A DNA stretch of 64,000 bases. Origin: Dicyema japonicum (lineage: Eukaryota; Animalia; Dicyemida). The DNA lies in assembly GCA_011109175.1 (NCBI GenBank), contig RDEW01000007.1, forward strand, positions 619,712 to 683,711. The letters run 5' to 3'. This document shows, in pieces, positions 34,062 to 47,399 of this stretch. The first letter of the stretch is position 1. The number at the start of each line of letters is the position of its first letter. The notes below the pieces were generated by a model, which worked only from the letters and a program-made list of their open reading frames with translations, was not told the origin of the DNA and searched no databases. The position numbers were made by a program, and so were the translations under genes.

Positions 34062-36149
34062 GCAGAATATCAACCTGATCTCCTGTTTTCCTGATGAAGG
34101 ATATTTTCCTAACAACCCTAACTATTGCCATATTTTGAAGAATACTATGAGCCAAATCCTTATATTCCTTACACTTCTACCCCCAGAGAGCCTTATCCTT
34201 ATATAGAGGAACAAGGAGTGGACTGTTATAATATGCATTATTACCCCGATCCTGACTTTTCCTCCCAGTTTTATGATTATAATAAATTCTATTAACTTTA
34301 ACATTCCATACTTCCCGAATGGTTTATTCCTCTTAGTAATAAAGTTAACCACGTGGGATTGTTCCTTAAGGAATATTGTGATTGGGGAAGAATCCTCTGA
34401 TAACAAGATCTGTGTGACAAATAGGAGGAATTCGCCTATTTTGACGTGGGTATTAGCTTGTCTTTATCGAACCTTGATGAATAAAAGGAACAAAGAACAT
34501 TGCTTAATGGTAGATAGAAATTCCATGTGTGTGGGCACAATGACTGACTCGGGAACTTCACAAACTCAAAGTTTTGAACTTAGAAACATCGGATACTTCA
34601 AGGCTCTAACGTCAAAAAAACATTGACGGTGATTAACAGACGAAAAAAACACGTGACAGTTTTTAGTATGATTGCTGCTACCAATAAAGTAATATTTTAA
34701 AATTGAACGACTTTGAATGACTCCGAGTATCCTCGAGAATATATTCACTTGGTTTTTAATTTTTAAAGAATTTACCTTTTCTATGGAATAGAGAATTAAG
34801 GTTATTAGGCGGAAGTTCTATGTTTCCTTGGAAATTTAATAGGAAGTTCATTTTAACCTGAAGAACTGGTCTTTGAGTTTAAAACAACTTCAATCTGGAA
34901 GATAGTACAGTGGTTTACTCCATCGACCATTAACTTAGTGGAAATTTGAATTGCTTATCTTAATTTCCTCCTGATTGACGTTTTGGCAGTCCTGAGTCGC
35001 ACAGAAATTTACACTCCCGAATTTTCTTCTGACTGAAAGTCGCCATTCATATGAGATCTAGAATCGCCTGTATTTGTATCTCCTCACATTTCCAGACCAC
35101 CAGCGGACCCTGGACAATGTTTTTCTACAAAAGAAATTGTAAAAGGATTCTTGGGTCTTCCATCCAACACCGACTGCTTGTCCGCTGTCAGGACCTCTGA
35201 AAATCTGTGTGCAACACTAGTACAGCTGGGATTAGCAGACTCTCACTTACTAAAGGAGTACTACCAACCCCATAAAACATTAATCGAGGTCGTTCGATGG
35301 GCTTTATGAAGACAAAATGGAAAACGATTGAATAAACATCTTACAATTTTTTGTGGGAAAATCACGAGTTTGGGACTTTACGTGCCACTTTCGTTTAAAA
35401 TAACATCTTTCAGGGTAAGACCCACTTTAAACCTAAAATGGTATAGAATATACAGTTGTCCTCGAGAACATGTTGAATGAGCATAGATATGGAGTCCCCA
35501 CTATCAAGGAAGATTTAGTACAGCGACCGATAACCTAGTGGAATTAGCAAATTAGTTCGATGACGTGCCAGGCAACCCGGGTGAAGAGGAAACGGATGGG
35601 TTTTAGGTAAACGACTCCTAAAAAAAGAAAGGTCTAGTAGCGATTAGTAATATTATTTAATTGTGTTTTCCGTAAAAATAAAACTGTTTTTTACAGTTAT
35701 TATGGTGGAGGGAGAGATAAATTATTGACAGGGCGAATTTTTTTTCATGAGGGCAATATGGAAAAAAGGTTTTTTTTATTCGATTCAAAATGTTGTTAAA
35801 TTTCTTTACTTGGCCCGGAGACTGTTTTTATTATTATGGACTATCGCTATGCCATTGTCATGACAAAGCATCTGCAACTTGAGAATCTAATACCAAGGTC
35901 ATTTCCCTCCACTTGCCCTGTCATAAACAGCTACAGTAGTCCATCCAGTTCGTCTCTTTGAGTCGTCTCCCAAACTTTTAGAGGTCCCCTTTGAAGACTA
36001 TTTAGAGAGTGGTCTTTGGTTGTTCACGGAATCGGTGAGTGTCAGATCACGTTAGTTGGGAATTCCACGTTAGCTTGGACTTCCACGTTAGCCAGTGTAT
36101 GTTTTAGAGAATAAATTTTTTGCGAGACGTTAAAATCTTTGCATGGAGA

Positions 36150-36540
36150 ATTTATTATATCATTTTGAACTCATTCATTATCGAAATGTGATATTTGAAA
36201 TGGTCAGTCAGTTGCTGTCGCTGAGAGGTTGGAGGGAAAGAGGCTATCGACACAGGTGGCGTCTCAGGCAAGATATTTACCAGTCTCCCATAGGAAAGAG
36301 TGGTTCCATCCGGTCTTCGGTTGGTTTGAGACAGCAATTGACCCAGGCTCAGCTTCAGAGAAGGCTGAGACCCTAAAGATAAAAAATACTCATGTCTTGG
36401 AGGACAATTCATCTTCGAACCAGTGGCAGTCGAAACGACAGGAATAATTGGAAGCAGGTCACTGACTGCTAAACAGGATCGACTCGCTCATCGCGAAGTA
36501 GAAAACGATAGGAGAGAAAGGAGCTGGCGCATAAAGCGGA
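36150..36540 (-). mobile_element. CRE-clade fragment (REL domain)
   Basis: RRPDGTT and DATCVDSL motifs. Confidence 0.65.
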
Positions 36541-36689
36541 TTTCCTTGAAAATCGTATGGGAAATGCTTTTGTGTTATAATAAATTGTTTTTAATAAAAA
36601 AAGCAAAAACAACTATTTGGATATTCTACGGCGAAGGAATGAGCATATTATTATTATGAACCAAAAACCACCGTTTATAACCAAAATAA

Positions 36690-36960
36690 ACAAAATTCAG
36701 GTGATCCCGGCCTCCCTCAACAGTCTTCGCATCTTTTCTCCATGTTCCAACTGCGTTCCTTCGCATTTCCGATATGGACGGGGTCCGCATACTCGAGTCC
36801 TTCGCAGGGCACTGGTCTAGTCGCCTCTACCATATTTTCCAGGTTTCTGGGCAGGATTTCCCCACGGGACGATTTCATTAGTAGGTTTACTGCCTTCAAT
36901 TGCATGTTGCAGATCTTGTCCAAATTCTTTTCCTTTTTTATAATATTGTTGAAAAATATT
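36690..36960 (-). mobile_element. Ingi/Vingi-like 3' end fragment
   Basis: TTCAGGTGATCCCGGC..CTC.C.A.A..CG..CAT.TT.TCTC is shared with 45806-45900. Confidence 0.65.
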
Positions 36961-37059
36961 AAAAACATGACAAGAACGAAGAAGGATGCTAAGTTTTTAC
37001 TTGGCCTTGTGGCTCTTTAAAGAAGAGAGGACAGTCACCAAATAAATCAGATATAACCA

Positions 37060-39725
37060 GGATTACTCTGGTTAATGCCCGCTCTCTTAGGAAGCAAGCT
37101 GCGGAGCTGATAGCCTTACCACGCTGTTGATGGATGCATTAATTATTAATGAAACGAAGATGAAAAAACCTGGAATTATTAATATCCCGGGTTATAATTT
37201 GATTGATATTCCATGGCGTCCCGATGCCATAGCTAGTACAGGAACCTCTATTTTCTACAAAAAGAGAATTAAATCGCGATTGCCAATAATTATAGAAGAG
37301 AATGTCTGCGAATTATTATGCATTGATTTGTACACTTCTATTGGTTGGATAACAATTGGTGGACTCTACTCCAAAAGATTAAGGAATTATTCAAGGATTA
37401 TAAAAGATTTTTTCGCTAATAATGAAACCCAATCCTTGTGGGAGATTGTAATGCAAAAAATATTGCATATGGTTGTGTGAAAACTAATTATGACGGCAAA
37501 TGTTTATTGGAAATGAATCAGAATCAGAAAACTTAAAAGCTCTTACGTCTAAAGAACTTAATCATTTCCAACAACGGAGTGCTGATAGATTGGGTATTTT
37601 CGTTATGCAAGAAAACCTCGCTTTATTGAGCGGTCTATGTCGAAAATGATATAGGGAGTGATCACTTACCTCAAACTTTGGAGTTGTGAACTGGACCCGT
37701 TATTGAAGAAGAAATATTTCTTAGATATAATATCAACAGAATTGATTGGGCTCATTTTAATTCTTATATTTCTATGAAGTTGGATAATATTAAAGAACTG
37801 AAAATTTTAAATCATGTGGATATCGATAGTTTGGATGTAAAATTAAGAAATGTTATATTAAACTATCTTGATTATTATGGAGGAGGAGATTTCTTTCTCC
37901 GCATAGAAATAAATTAATGAATGGGGAGCAATTTCGTTTGCTTCGTGAAATGAGAAATTTGGCAGGAAAATTGAGACAATGTTGGATCCACAAGATTCTT
38001 ACCGTCTTAAAGAGAGGATCAAGTCTATAAAGAGAGTATAGATGGAAGTGTCAAAAAGTATTGAAGAAGATAGATTGAGGTGAGAATGCTCTAGATTCTA
38101 TCGTAATAATCCTAAATTTTGGAAACTTTTTTCGAAAATGAATTCTTGGATAGGGAAGGTGAAGAGATAAATCTCAAGTCTCGTGACGGCTTCGGATCTC
38201 GAAAGAAAAAGTTCCAGATGTCTTAAGACAACAGCTCGCAGAGGTACAATAATTGGATCCTCTGTTAATTATTCCACGAGGCATACAAACTAGTTTTCTT
38301 GAAGAGGAGCCATCCTAACTTGTGTAGGGGCTTTTATGTGGAACGATTACTATGGAGGAGATAATTCTTGCTATTAATGGATGCAAAAATAAAGCTCCGG
38401 GATGGGATTTTACCCTGACTGTCTTCAAAAATGCTGGAATGCCATTATTGAAAACGTTATGGGCTTTATTTAATTTTCGTGGTTTCTGGACATGTTCCTT
38501 CTACGTGGAAGAAGTCTTTTGTACGGATACTGAAGAAGGGAAAATCTAGTTCAAATCCAGAGAACTATAGGCCAATAAGCCTAATATGCAGTATATCGAA
38601 AATTATGAAAAAAATCATTTTCAACAGATGATCAAAATACGTTGAAGACAACAATTTTCTTCTCGATGATCAGTGGGGTTTTCGCCCACTAGAAGGACTG
38701 GAGATTGTTTCTCAATATTATCAAATTTTATATGTGTTGCTAAGAAGAATAGAGAATGTCTTAGGCCGCATGTCTAGACATCAAAGGCTTTTGATAGCGT
38801 TTGGCATGCTGGGTTGTTGAAGACTATCAAATTTTAATGGTGGGAGCAAGGCACTAGTGTGGACGAAGGATTTTCTTTCTGGTAAAGAATCTTTTATAAG
38901 TGTTGGAAATCACATATTGAAGAAAATTTTGTTAAAAAGAGGGGCACCACAAGTGTCTGTCCCCTCCTATTCAATTGTTTTATGTGTGACATTCCGAAGA
39001 TTGAACACTTAAATTCAACAATGCTTATTTATGCTGATGATATTCTTCTGCTTGATCTTAGTATTAATAAATCGATTTCCTGGAAACGTGTTTCAACACA
39101 CATGAAAAAATAAATGTTGGTGCCTAGATAAAGGTTTATCCCTATCTCTTGAAAAGTTACTGCTTCATGGATTGTGAATAACAAAAATAAGTCAAAAATT
39201 TGTTTTAATATTGGAGCAATCAAATGCGTGGAACAGTTGCAATATTTTGGTGTTTGTGTTAACTCAAAGGGTTTTTTTATAAATTACATCAAGAAAAAAA
39301 GGAAAAAGCTACAGCGATGTTGAAATCACTTCTACGTCTTCAATTGATTCCGGAAGCATTTATCCATGCTTATACAGCTTGTATGGAACCATTCCTGATT
39401 TATGGCTTCAAAGATGGTTTGAAAGTGATGAGAAAAGTATTCTTGTAGAGCTTCTCGATAGATCAAGTCCATATGGTATTAAACTAGCATATGGACTTGA
39501 TTTAAAATCTAAATTACCGCCTAGTTATGAAATACGTGCGAGATCTATTGAAAAAATATTGCATCACATGAAAAAATAATTCTTGTTTAGTGCAAGGGTA
39601 AATAATTCGAAGAGGAGACATGGTGTCTCGTTATACCAGACCCCATCAACTAGGACATACTTATTGGCTTCTCCATGTTTAATTAGTTTTTAATTAGTAA
39701 CGAGTTTGTCATGTAAATAAAATCT
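37060..39725 (+). mobile_element. Decayed full-length APE-type LINE (Jockey/CR1-like)
   Basis: ITLVNARSLRK, DALIINETK, GSDHLP, KAPGWD, NYRPISL, QWGFRP, LDIKAFDSVWH and IYADDILL; TTAATTAG tail; numerous stops. Confidence 0.85.
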
Positions 39726-40099
39726 ATCTAGGAATGTCTAACTCAAAAGGCTCCAGGGCTATGAGTATACAAGCGGGCAACACTAACAAATCTGAAAAAC
39801 ACCGTAATCTTATTGAAGTGTAATAATTTTCAAGTCTACTATAACGAATATATTACGATGCGCTCCACAACACCAAATATATCAATTGCATACAAACATT
39901 CAAGATTATCAAATCATTTTCACTCTTTAGTCTTCGTTTTGTCACGAGGTGCCTCTTTTTGATGACGTACGAAAGTACTGTATTTCACATTTTTTCGTAA
40001 AATACCAGTCACCTTCAAGTTTCCAATTCTTCTTAGCTAAAAATACCACTCTAAATGGGGGCAGTTTATTATTATTATTAAAAGCACTTCCGAGAAAAC

Positions 40100-40510
40100 A
40101 TAAATTAGTTATGTTTCCCTTGTGCCGTATTCCTAATCATCCTCTCCGTCAACCTCGACCATGATCCTCTGTTTCGCGCTAGTTCTCTTAGGTAGTTCAT
40201 ATCGTCCGCCGATAGGTCTTCGTTCAAGATAGTCGGAAGTGTCGTTCTTGGTCTTCCGCGAAATCCGGCTCCTGTGTGTGCGAAGTAGTTGACCATTGCG
40301 AAATTTGAGGGGATCTGGTCATTTAGACGTCTTGATTTGAAATATCATCTGACAGCACGTTGTATTTGCATTTATTATAAGGGTTTGCATCAGAGATCTT
40401 CATAGGCCAGTTGATCTTGATTACCGATTTGAGCTGAGTTCTGTGGAAAGAGTCAAAACGTCCATTTCCCGTTTAGAGATTCCCCAAACCCAGAGTTATA
40501 GAGTGAACGG
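40100..40510 (-). mobile_element. RTE 3' fragment
   Basis: GFRGRPRTTLPTILNEDL..LRELARNRGSW; the 3' end AATACGGCACAAG is shared with 21359-21371. Confidence 0.8.
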
Positions 40511-41299
40511 AGAAGTCGGTAAAGAATACGAATAAACATAGTGCAATAAAGATGTCGTCACCACCTCAACCAAAAAATGGGGTCAGTTTGCCAATGCTTT
40601 AAAGACATTATACTAACCGCCACGATTCACAAGATAAAATGTATTATTATATTAAAATTCGTTAAATTATCGCCAATAAATGAAATAATTTCAGTATCGT
40701 AAGCGCCCAGAACTCCGCCAGACACGTGGAAGCACGCGCCGGGATCTTGCTCAAACCGAGGTCTGACTGTATTGATGGATTCTCTCAAGGTTTCCCAGAC
40801 GCAGAGGGTCTAGACAGAAGGAAGACCCTTTACAGCAGATTAAATGTTCAATTGTCTCTTAAGTAGAGTTGCACATTTGACAAATTGGGTCTTTTGTAAA
40901 CCAAATATTATACGAGTATGAACAAAGGTTCTGGTGATGTCCGCATCTTGCAAGATAAACTCGTACATGAGCGGGAGTTTTGATTCAGGATCAATTATTT
41001 TCGGAGGTAACTTGTTATCTAGGTTATTCACTTCGATGGCGTTGATGGATCTGGTGGCAATTTTCTTATGGATAAGATCCATCAATTGTTCATTAGAGGG
41101 TACTTTCGGGGCACCGCGATATTCTTGTTTGAAGGCGGTTGAATAATTAGTTTATCGCTGAAAAATTTTATCGTCAAACATTTTTTATCGCTGAAAAATT
41201 TTGAAATGAAAAAATTAAAACTATACTTTTTAATAATAAATATAGTATTTAAAAAATTTAAAAGATTAAAAATTAATAACAATTTGTGGTCGTCCTATA

Positions 41300-44217
41300 A
41301 TGGCAGATTTATTAGACGGAGCTACTGATGACTGGTATCGTATTGGAAGTGAAAAATTTTACCAGTAATTATATATATCTCAATACATAGAAAGATTCGC
41401 AAATATTCTTTCAATTGGAGCTACAATTGTCCTTTCACGAGAAATTTTGTAATTCCGTCGTGCTACGGAGGACCAATTGCAATTGCAGTCCCAATCAAAG
41501 GAACTGAGGGAGGTCTCACTGTTCATTTTGTAAATAACTCTGGAGTTTCCTACAGAGTTAAGAAAAGAGTTTCTTAGCTGTTAATACATAGATAGACCTC
41601 CAAAAAACAGTTAAAATGGGGTGGACCGTAAACTATGAGTTTGTCTCCGTCTCTGCTGACGGGGAAGTTAAAATATTCAACATAATAAGTTCTAAGTGTG
41701 CTGTTAATTCCTCCCTATCAGTTTGACTTGCAGTTGACGTAGGCTGTTATTGATAAGAAAAAAGAGAAAATAATGGATGCCCTAATTTTTAGGAGACACA
41801 ACAGACATACTGGTATTGTGCTCCTCTCAAGCTCTTCTAACCTTTATTTAATCCACAATATACATTCAACACGTCTGGACAAACTCCCAAAAGTCCCTGG
41901 TATATATATTTATGAATCTGAGACATGAAAATACCCCCTTGCTGGACAGTCGGGGAGGAAAAGGACTTAAATGTGCTTATTGCTTCAAATATGGGACTAT
42001 ATTCTCCATATCCTCTCAGTGAGAAGATTGTATGTTTTCTTATTGATATTAGTCAATTGGAAGTGAGTCTTCTGTTACCAAGAACATAGTTTTGGCAGCC
42101 TCTTCTTTCACGGGGAATCGGATTGCCTTGTACAACTCTGATGGAATTTTATGGATTGGGACTGCCAATATGAAAAAGACGATACTTCAGTTGACCGCAT
42201 CACTGCCGTGTTCCCCCTCAGAACTTGCTTGGTACACATGGTTTGGTTATTCTAGGTGTGGTAACCATGTGGTTGCCATATTATGTGGTTCTGTCCTGTA
42301 TCTGTACGCGGTTGACGGAGAATTCACTCAGTTTTAGATTCCGTTATTTTGTAGGTTTTTTGTGGATCCAAAGACAATATTGGTGAGTGAGATTGACTCT
42401 CTCAGATTACTAATGCCAAACAGACAGGAAATCATAGTTGAGTTGGATGGTATGTCCCTTGGTTACTTGAAGCTCAGGTTGTGGAGACACTCAGGATTGG
42501 TTCTACTGCTCCCTCCATTTATTTACTGCGTTCTAGACTGTCTTCAGATGACCAGGAATCTGTCACAAATATGCTCATGATTAAAGACCAATTAAGCACA
42601 GCTGCCCACGAGTGCTCAAAGGCTTCATTGCACGTGCAAAACACACAATTACAGAGATGGCTACTACTTGTACTTGTTTGTATACAAACAGGCGGCTACC
42701 ATTGGTAAATCTTCATGCAACGACGTGACTGACCCTGATGAGATTAAACGGTGTGTTTACAGTATTAGACTGATCAACACAGTAAATCAGGACTACATTG
42801 GCATTCCCATCACATATAAACAGTAATAAAGTGATAATATCACAGATTGGAGGACATTACTATTGAACAGTTCATAAATATGCTCACTAATTTGCACTTG
42901 TTTCAATTGGCTGTGGAAATATCTAGATTCTTTAAATTGCCTTTTGATAAGTTTGAATTGAACATACTAATGGTGTGGGCCAGTGATAAAGTTTGGGGAT
43001 ATTTTACTGTTAGGTGGTCGAGCCAAGTCCTGACAAAGTTATTTCCGCGGCAATCCGTAACCGCCTCTTCAACGTTCCCGACATGCCGTATGCCACTATT
43101 GCTGCAAAGGCTCTCAAATGTGGACGAAGTAAACTGGCATTGGATGTTTGTTTGGTTTTATTTCAGTTGGTGGATTATGACAAATCCCCCTCCAGACAGG
43201 CCCTTCTCTTACTAAAAATGGATAAACACGTGGAAGCTTTGAGAAAGACTAAAGATTGTTATGACTACGAGTTGAGTAGATGTGTTGTGTCAGAAGATAG
43301 TGTACAAGATTGTTATAAAGAATATGAAGCACAAGTTAAACAAGGAAATGTTTTTCAAAGACCTGTCTCAATTCCCAGAAGCTGTGAACTACTATCTCCG
43401 CGTTTAGGGAGTCATAATTTGTAGTACTGCCAAAGTATGGGAGATTACAAGAGTATGTTATACGTGTATGAAATGCAGGACAACCATAAAGAGATTGCTT
43501 ATTGGAAGATAAGACTGTGCAGTACTGTGATTATTACGGTAATTTGTAGGACAAAGATCAGGTCAGAAAACTACTGGAAGAGGCAGCAGATTCCTTTGGT
43601 AGAATTGGAAGGGACTTTGAGAAAAATGTATGCTGTAAAAATATCAATATAGGAAGTGAAAATGCAGCAGATATTAATGAGGGAATCAAAGCAATTGTAT
43701 TCTGATGATGTCAACTCTGTTAATGACCTGTTTCGTTCCCTATTTGAGAAGAACAATGTCCAGGCAGCTGAAAAAATGAGAAATGTGTTTAAACTAAGCA
43801 ATAAACGGTATACTTTGTTTTAAGTTAGGTGGTTTATTTTTATGATTGATTATTTATCGAGAATGATGAAGTGGACAGAACTTACCAATCTTGTAAAGAG
43901 TAAGAGAACTCCACCTTGTGGTTATATGGTACAACTGTCTGTTTAAGGTTAGCCCTTTGCACGTGCCTTCATGAAAGGGGGACAAATTGTAGTAGCTCAG
44001 CAAATAATAAGCAAAGCGACGGTGGGAGAGAAAGTAAAATTCTATTTGGAATTTGAGTATGGTGTTGTAATGTTTTAGAATGTACGATAATGCGGCTGAG
44101 TGTGCTTTCAAGTCTGATGGGGATAAGGATTACGTTGAATTGGTGTATGACCAATGCAGGAGGAATAACAAAATTCTTGTTTTTGAGGAATTAAAGGCTA
44201 AATACGGAAACAATTAA
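41300..44217 (+). CDS. VPS16: Vacuolar protein sorting 16 (HOPS/CORVET core subunit), ~20 introns of ~21-26 nt
   Basis: Spliced frame reads DWYRIGSEKFYQK, YGGPIAI, MGW, LAWCGNH, IRLINTVNQDYIGIPITYKQ, PYATIAAKALKCGRSKLA, AEKMRNVFKLSNKR and RTPPCGY; the first 14 introns traced (e.g. 41365-41390, 42232-42255, 43146-43166) needed no indel correction. Confidence 0.95.
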
Positions 44218-44289
44218 TATTTTACTTTTTATTTTAATTATGGTGTCGACTAGGTTTTTATTTCTTAAAATCAAATCAATTTAATGTAA

Positions 44290-45560
44290 TACCGTTGTTA
44301 TGGAAGCAAGCCAACATCCGACCTATACTGAAACCTGGAAACCTAAGGAAGATCCAGCATCATTTAGACCTGTGTCATTGTTATGTTCCATATCGAAAAT
44401 CCTGGAAAGGCTTGTGCTTGGGAGAATCAAGGCTTTCTTACCAGAAAAGGATTTTCAACACGGATTCAAGAGCGATTGTTCTACATCAACGTACCTACAG
44501 AAATTAACCAACTTCATTAGAGATGGTTTTTCAAACAAACCAAGGCATTTGAAACAGTCTTATGTTCCATTGATATTAACAAGGCCTTTGATTCTATTTC
44601 GAGAAAAATATTATCAAAGAAAATTTTCCAGTCCGAGATCCCGGGGAAGCTTAAACTTTGGATAACAAATTTCTTAAGTGGACGAAGGGACGTGTATGCC
44701 TCGGAGGACTGAAATCAGTCTCACGTCTTCTCCCAAACGGTGTCCCCAAGGATCTCCTTTATCCCCGCCTTATTCAATTTATACCTGGCAGACCTCCCGA
44801 CACCGGAATCCAATAACGATGTTCTACTCATATGCGGACGACATTGTTTTGGCCTCGCGTGATCGGGATATCCAAAATGCTACAGAAAGATTACAAATAA
44901 ACCTGGACCGACTCAACGCCTGGGTAATGAAGAACCGACTCACGATAAATTCCAGAAAGTCGGTCACGTCTATGTTTACTTCGGACAAAAGGTTGGGGAA
45001 GATGACTGCCAAGTTAAAATTGGACAACATTGAAATCCCCTTCACCAAATGTCAGAAGATCCTGGGCGTGACACTGGATACACACCTATGTTTGTCACCA
45101 CACGTGGCAAACATTGTTCTGAAGTGCGAGAAGAGGATCAATGTATTAAAATGTTTATCTGGAATATGGAAGACAGGTACCCACCCAGTCTTGATGAACA
45201 TTTACAAGCAATACATCGAACCATGCTTCTCGTACGCGTGTGCTTCGTGGGGACCTTCATTATCATGGACGAACACTAAGAAGATTGAGGACGTTCAAAA
45301 GAAGGCTTTCAGAATGACGGAGCGGTGGTCTTGTGGGAGACATAAGAACCGGACCGACTACTCTGGAGGCCCTCATTAAACAAAACTCCGGCATGCGGGA
45401 AGGTGGCCCTGCAAATACAGTCAGCCGCCCTGTACGAGCTTGTGTGGGTACGAGGGAGGAGCACCGGGAAAGAATGAGGATTTTGGCGGAGCGCATCGGG
45501 ATCACGTGATAGTTAGTTTTGGTTTTACCGTGGATTTGGATGTTAAATAAATAAAAATCA
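44290..45560 (+). mobile_element. Ingi/Vingi-like LINE, 5'-truncated (RT + 3' end)
   Basis: SFRPVSLLCSISKILERL, QHGFK, PQGSPLSP, YADD, LGVTLD, YKQYIEPCFSYACASW and C-terminal ERIGIT*. Confidence 0.88.
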
Positions 45561-45652
45561 AATTATAGAATTAATATGTTGCTGTGGTTCTCCTCAAGGT
45601 GTCAGGTGGATGTGTTTGTGCCTTATACAACACTCAGAAAAAAATTAATTAA

Positions 45653-47366
45653 TGTCACAGTCCATACATGCAAGACGACGTACATGCGAGATTTATCACA
45701 AAATACAAAAAAAATTTCTTAGTAAAACTTTCATTGAAAAAATTATTAATAATATTATTATTATTATTTAAGCCAAAGAAACACCGTCTTAACCAATAAC
45801 TAATATTCAGGTGATCCCGGCATCTCTCAATAATCGGGCCATTTTTTCTCGATGCTCCGACTGTGATCCCACGCATTTTCTATACGGACGGGGGTCTTTT
45901 TCCTTTTCTCTTCTGAAATTGCCTCCAGTTGCCTCTATGATAGACTCGAGTGCTCTGGGGGCAATTTCTTTATCTGTATATTTTTCTAGTAACTTTTTGC
46001 TTTGACTGGATATCTTGAATTTTTGTTAGGTTCGTTGCCGACAGGTTAGATCCCATGCAGCACATGCATAGCCTATTGTTGGCTCGACATACTGTTTGTA
46101 GAGGGTCCCGATACCTGGCGGATAAATTCCTCCACAGTTCCAAAGGAAGGCCTTTACAAAATTGATCTTTCCTTTGCACAGGTTGAAATATGATAGATTC
46201 CACATGGGCTGAGAAGCAGGGAAAGTATCAAAAGTTACTCCCAGTACTTTGCGATTTCTTTTGTGGTATAGGTACTCCATTTAACGTGACATCAAGTTGT
46301 TTGCGTTCCCATCTTTCTATTCTTAGTAAATAGAGTGACTGCTGACTTTTCGGAACATGCATTTAATCGATTCTCGCACAACCATCCAAATATGTTATTT
46401 AGTATTCCTTGTAGTCTTTCCTTAGCATGTTCGACGTTTACGTCTCTAGATGCGACAACTATGTCATCGGCATAGGAAGTAGTATGTCATTATTATTCAT
46501 AGGTACGGGGAGATCACTCAAAAACAAATTAAAAAGGATTGGTGACAGAGGAGATCCTTGGGGTACACCATTGGGTAATAATCCCGATCTGGAACTCTTG
46601 TTTCCGACGATACTTTCCCTCGGCGTCCACTTACGAAATTTGCTAACCATAACTTTAATGGTGCATCAATTTTTGTCAAAATATTTTTCGTATGAGGATC
46701 TTCCTTGGGACAGAGTCGAAAGCTTTTTGAATATCGATCGTACATATGACCGATTTTTCCTGTTTTGGCTTGTTCTTGTGTCCTTCAGTTATGAACTTCA
46801 TTAATGTTGTTAGGAAAGAGGTTGTTGATAATCCTTCCTTGAAGCCATGTTGGAATGTACTTTGTGGGAGAAAAGGGCGAATAATTTTAGGACCAGTTTT
46901 CTCCAGGATCCTCGACAAAACACATATAAGGGAAACTGGTCTGTAAGAGCCGGGATCGTTCTTCGGTCTTCCCGGCTTCAATATTGGTCGAATTTTTGAT
47001 AGTTTCCACAAAGTCGGTATGGTATTTCTAAACCAAGAAAATAATGAATATAACACAGTTCATATTATTCAAGCTAAAAAATTGTGACCTTTGAAATTTT
47101 TAAGATGTGTGTTTTTTAAATTGGATCACTTTTATGATTACTAACATTACCTGAGTTAAGGTTAGGGTTGATTTAAATAAATAAAAATAATACATAATTG
47201 ATTAGAATTTGTTGTCATGTTGATTTTCAAGTAATTCCTATAATCACAACTAAGGGTATAAAACTTATAAATTTCAGATATTTAATTAAAGAATTCCAAA
47301 AATGTGATTTTTATTGAAAATTATGAATCTCACATGTACGGCGTCTCGCATGTATGGACGTGACAA
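45653..47366. mobile_element. TTAA-flanked element with ~45-bp TIRs (piggyBac-like non-autonomous) containing a nested LINE
   Basis: TGTCACAGTCCATACATGCAAGACGACGTACATGCGAGAT (45653) is the inverse of ATCTCACATGTACGGCGTCTCGCATGTATGGACGTGACA (ends 47365); TTAA at 45649-45652 and 47367-47370. Confidence 0.75.
45770..47070 (-). mobile_element. Ingi/Vingi-like LINE, 5'-truncated, nested in the TTAA element
   Basis: WKLSKIRPILKPGRPKNDPGSYRPVSL, IDIQKAFDSV, GVPQGSPLSPILFNL and LYKQYVEPTIGYACAAW. Confidence 0.88.
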
Positions 47367-47399
47367 TTAATTATCCTATCGTTCTCAGAGGCGATCGTC

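Noticed and set aside
34080-34760. Possible spliced gene on the minus strand
   Set aside because: Candidate GT-AG introns allow more than one incompatible frame and no family is recognisable.
40800-41150. Minus-strand open stretch (ORF 40840-41085)
   Set aside because: No recognisable domain, ATG context or splice structure; probably a TE remnant.
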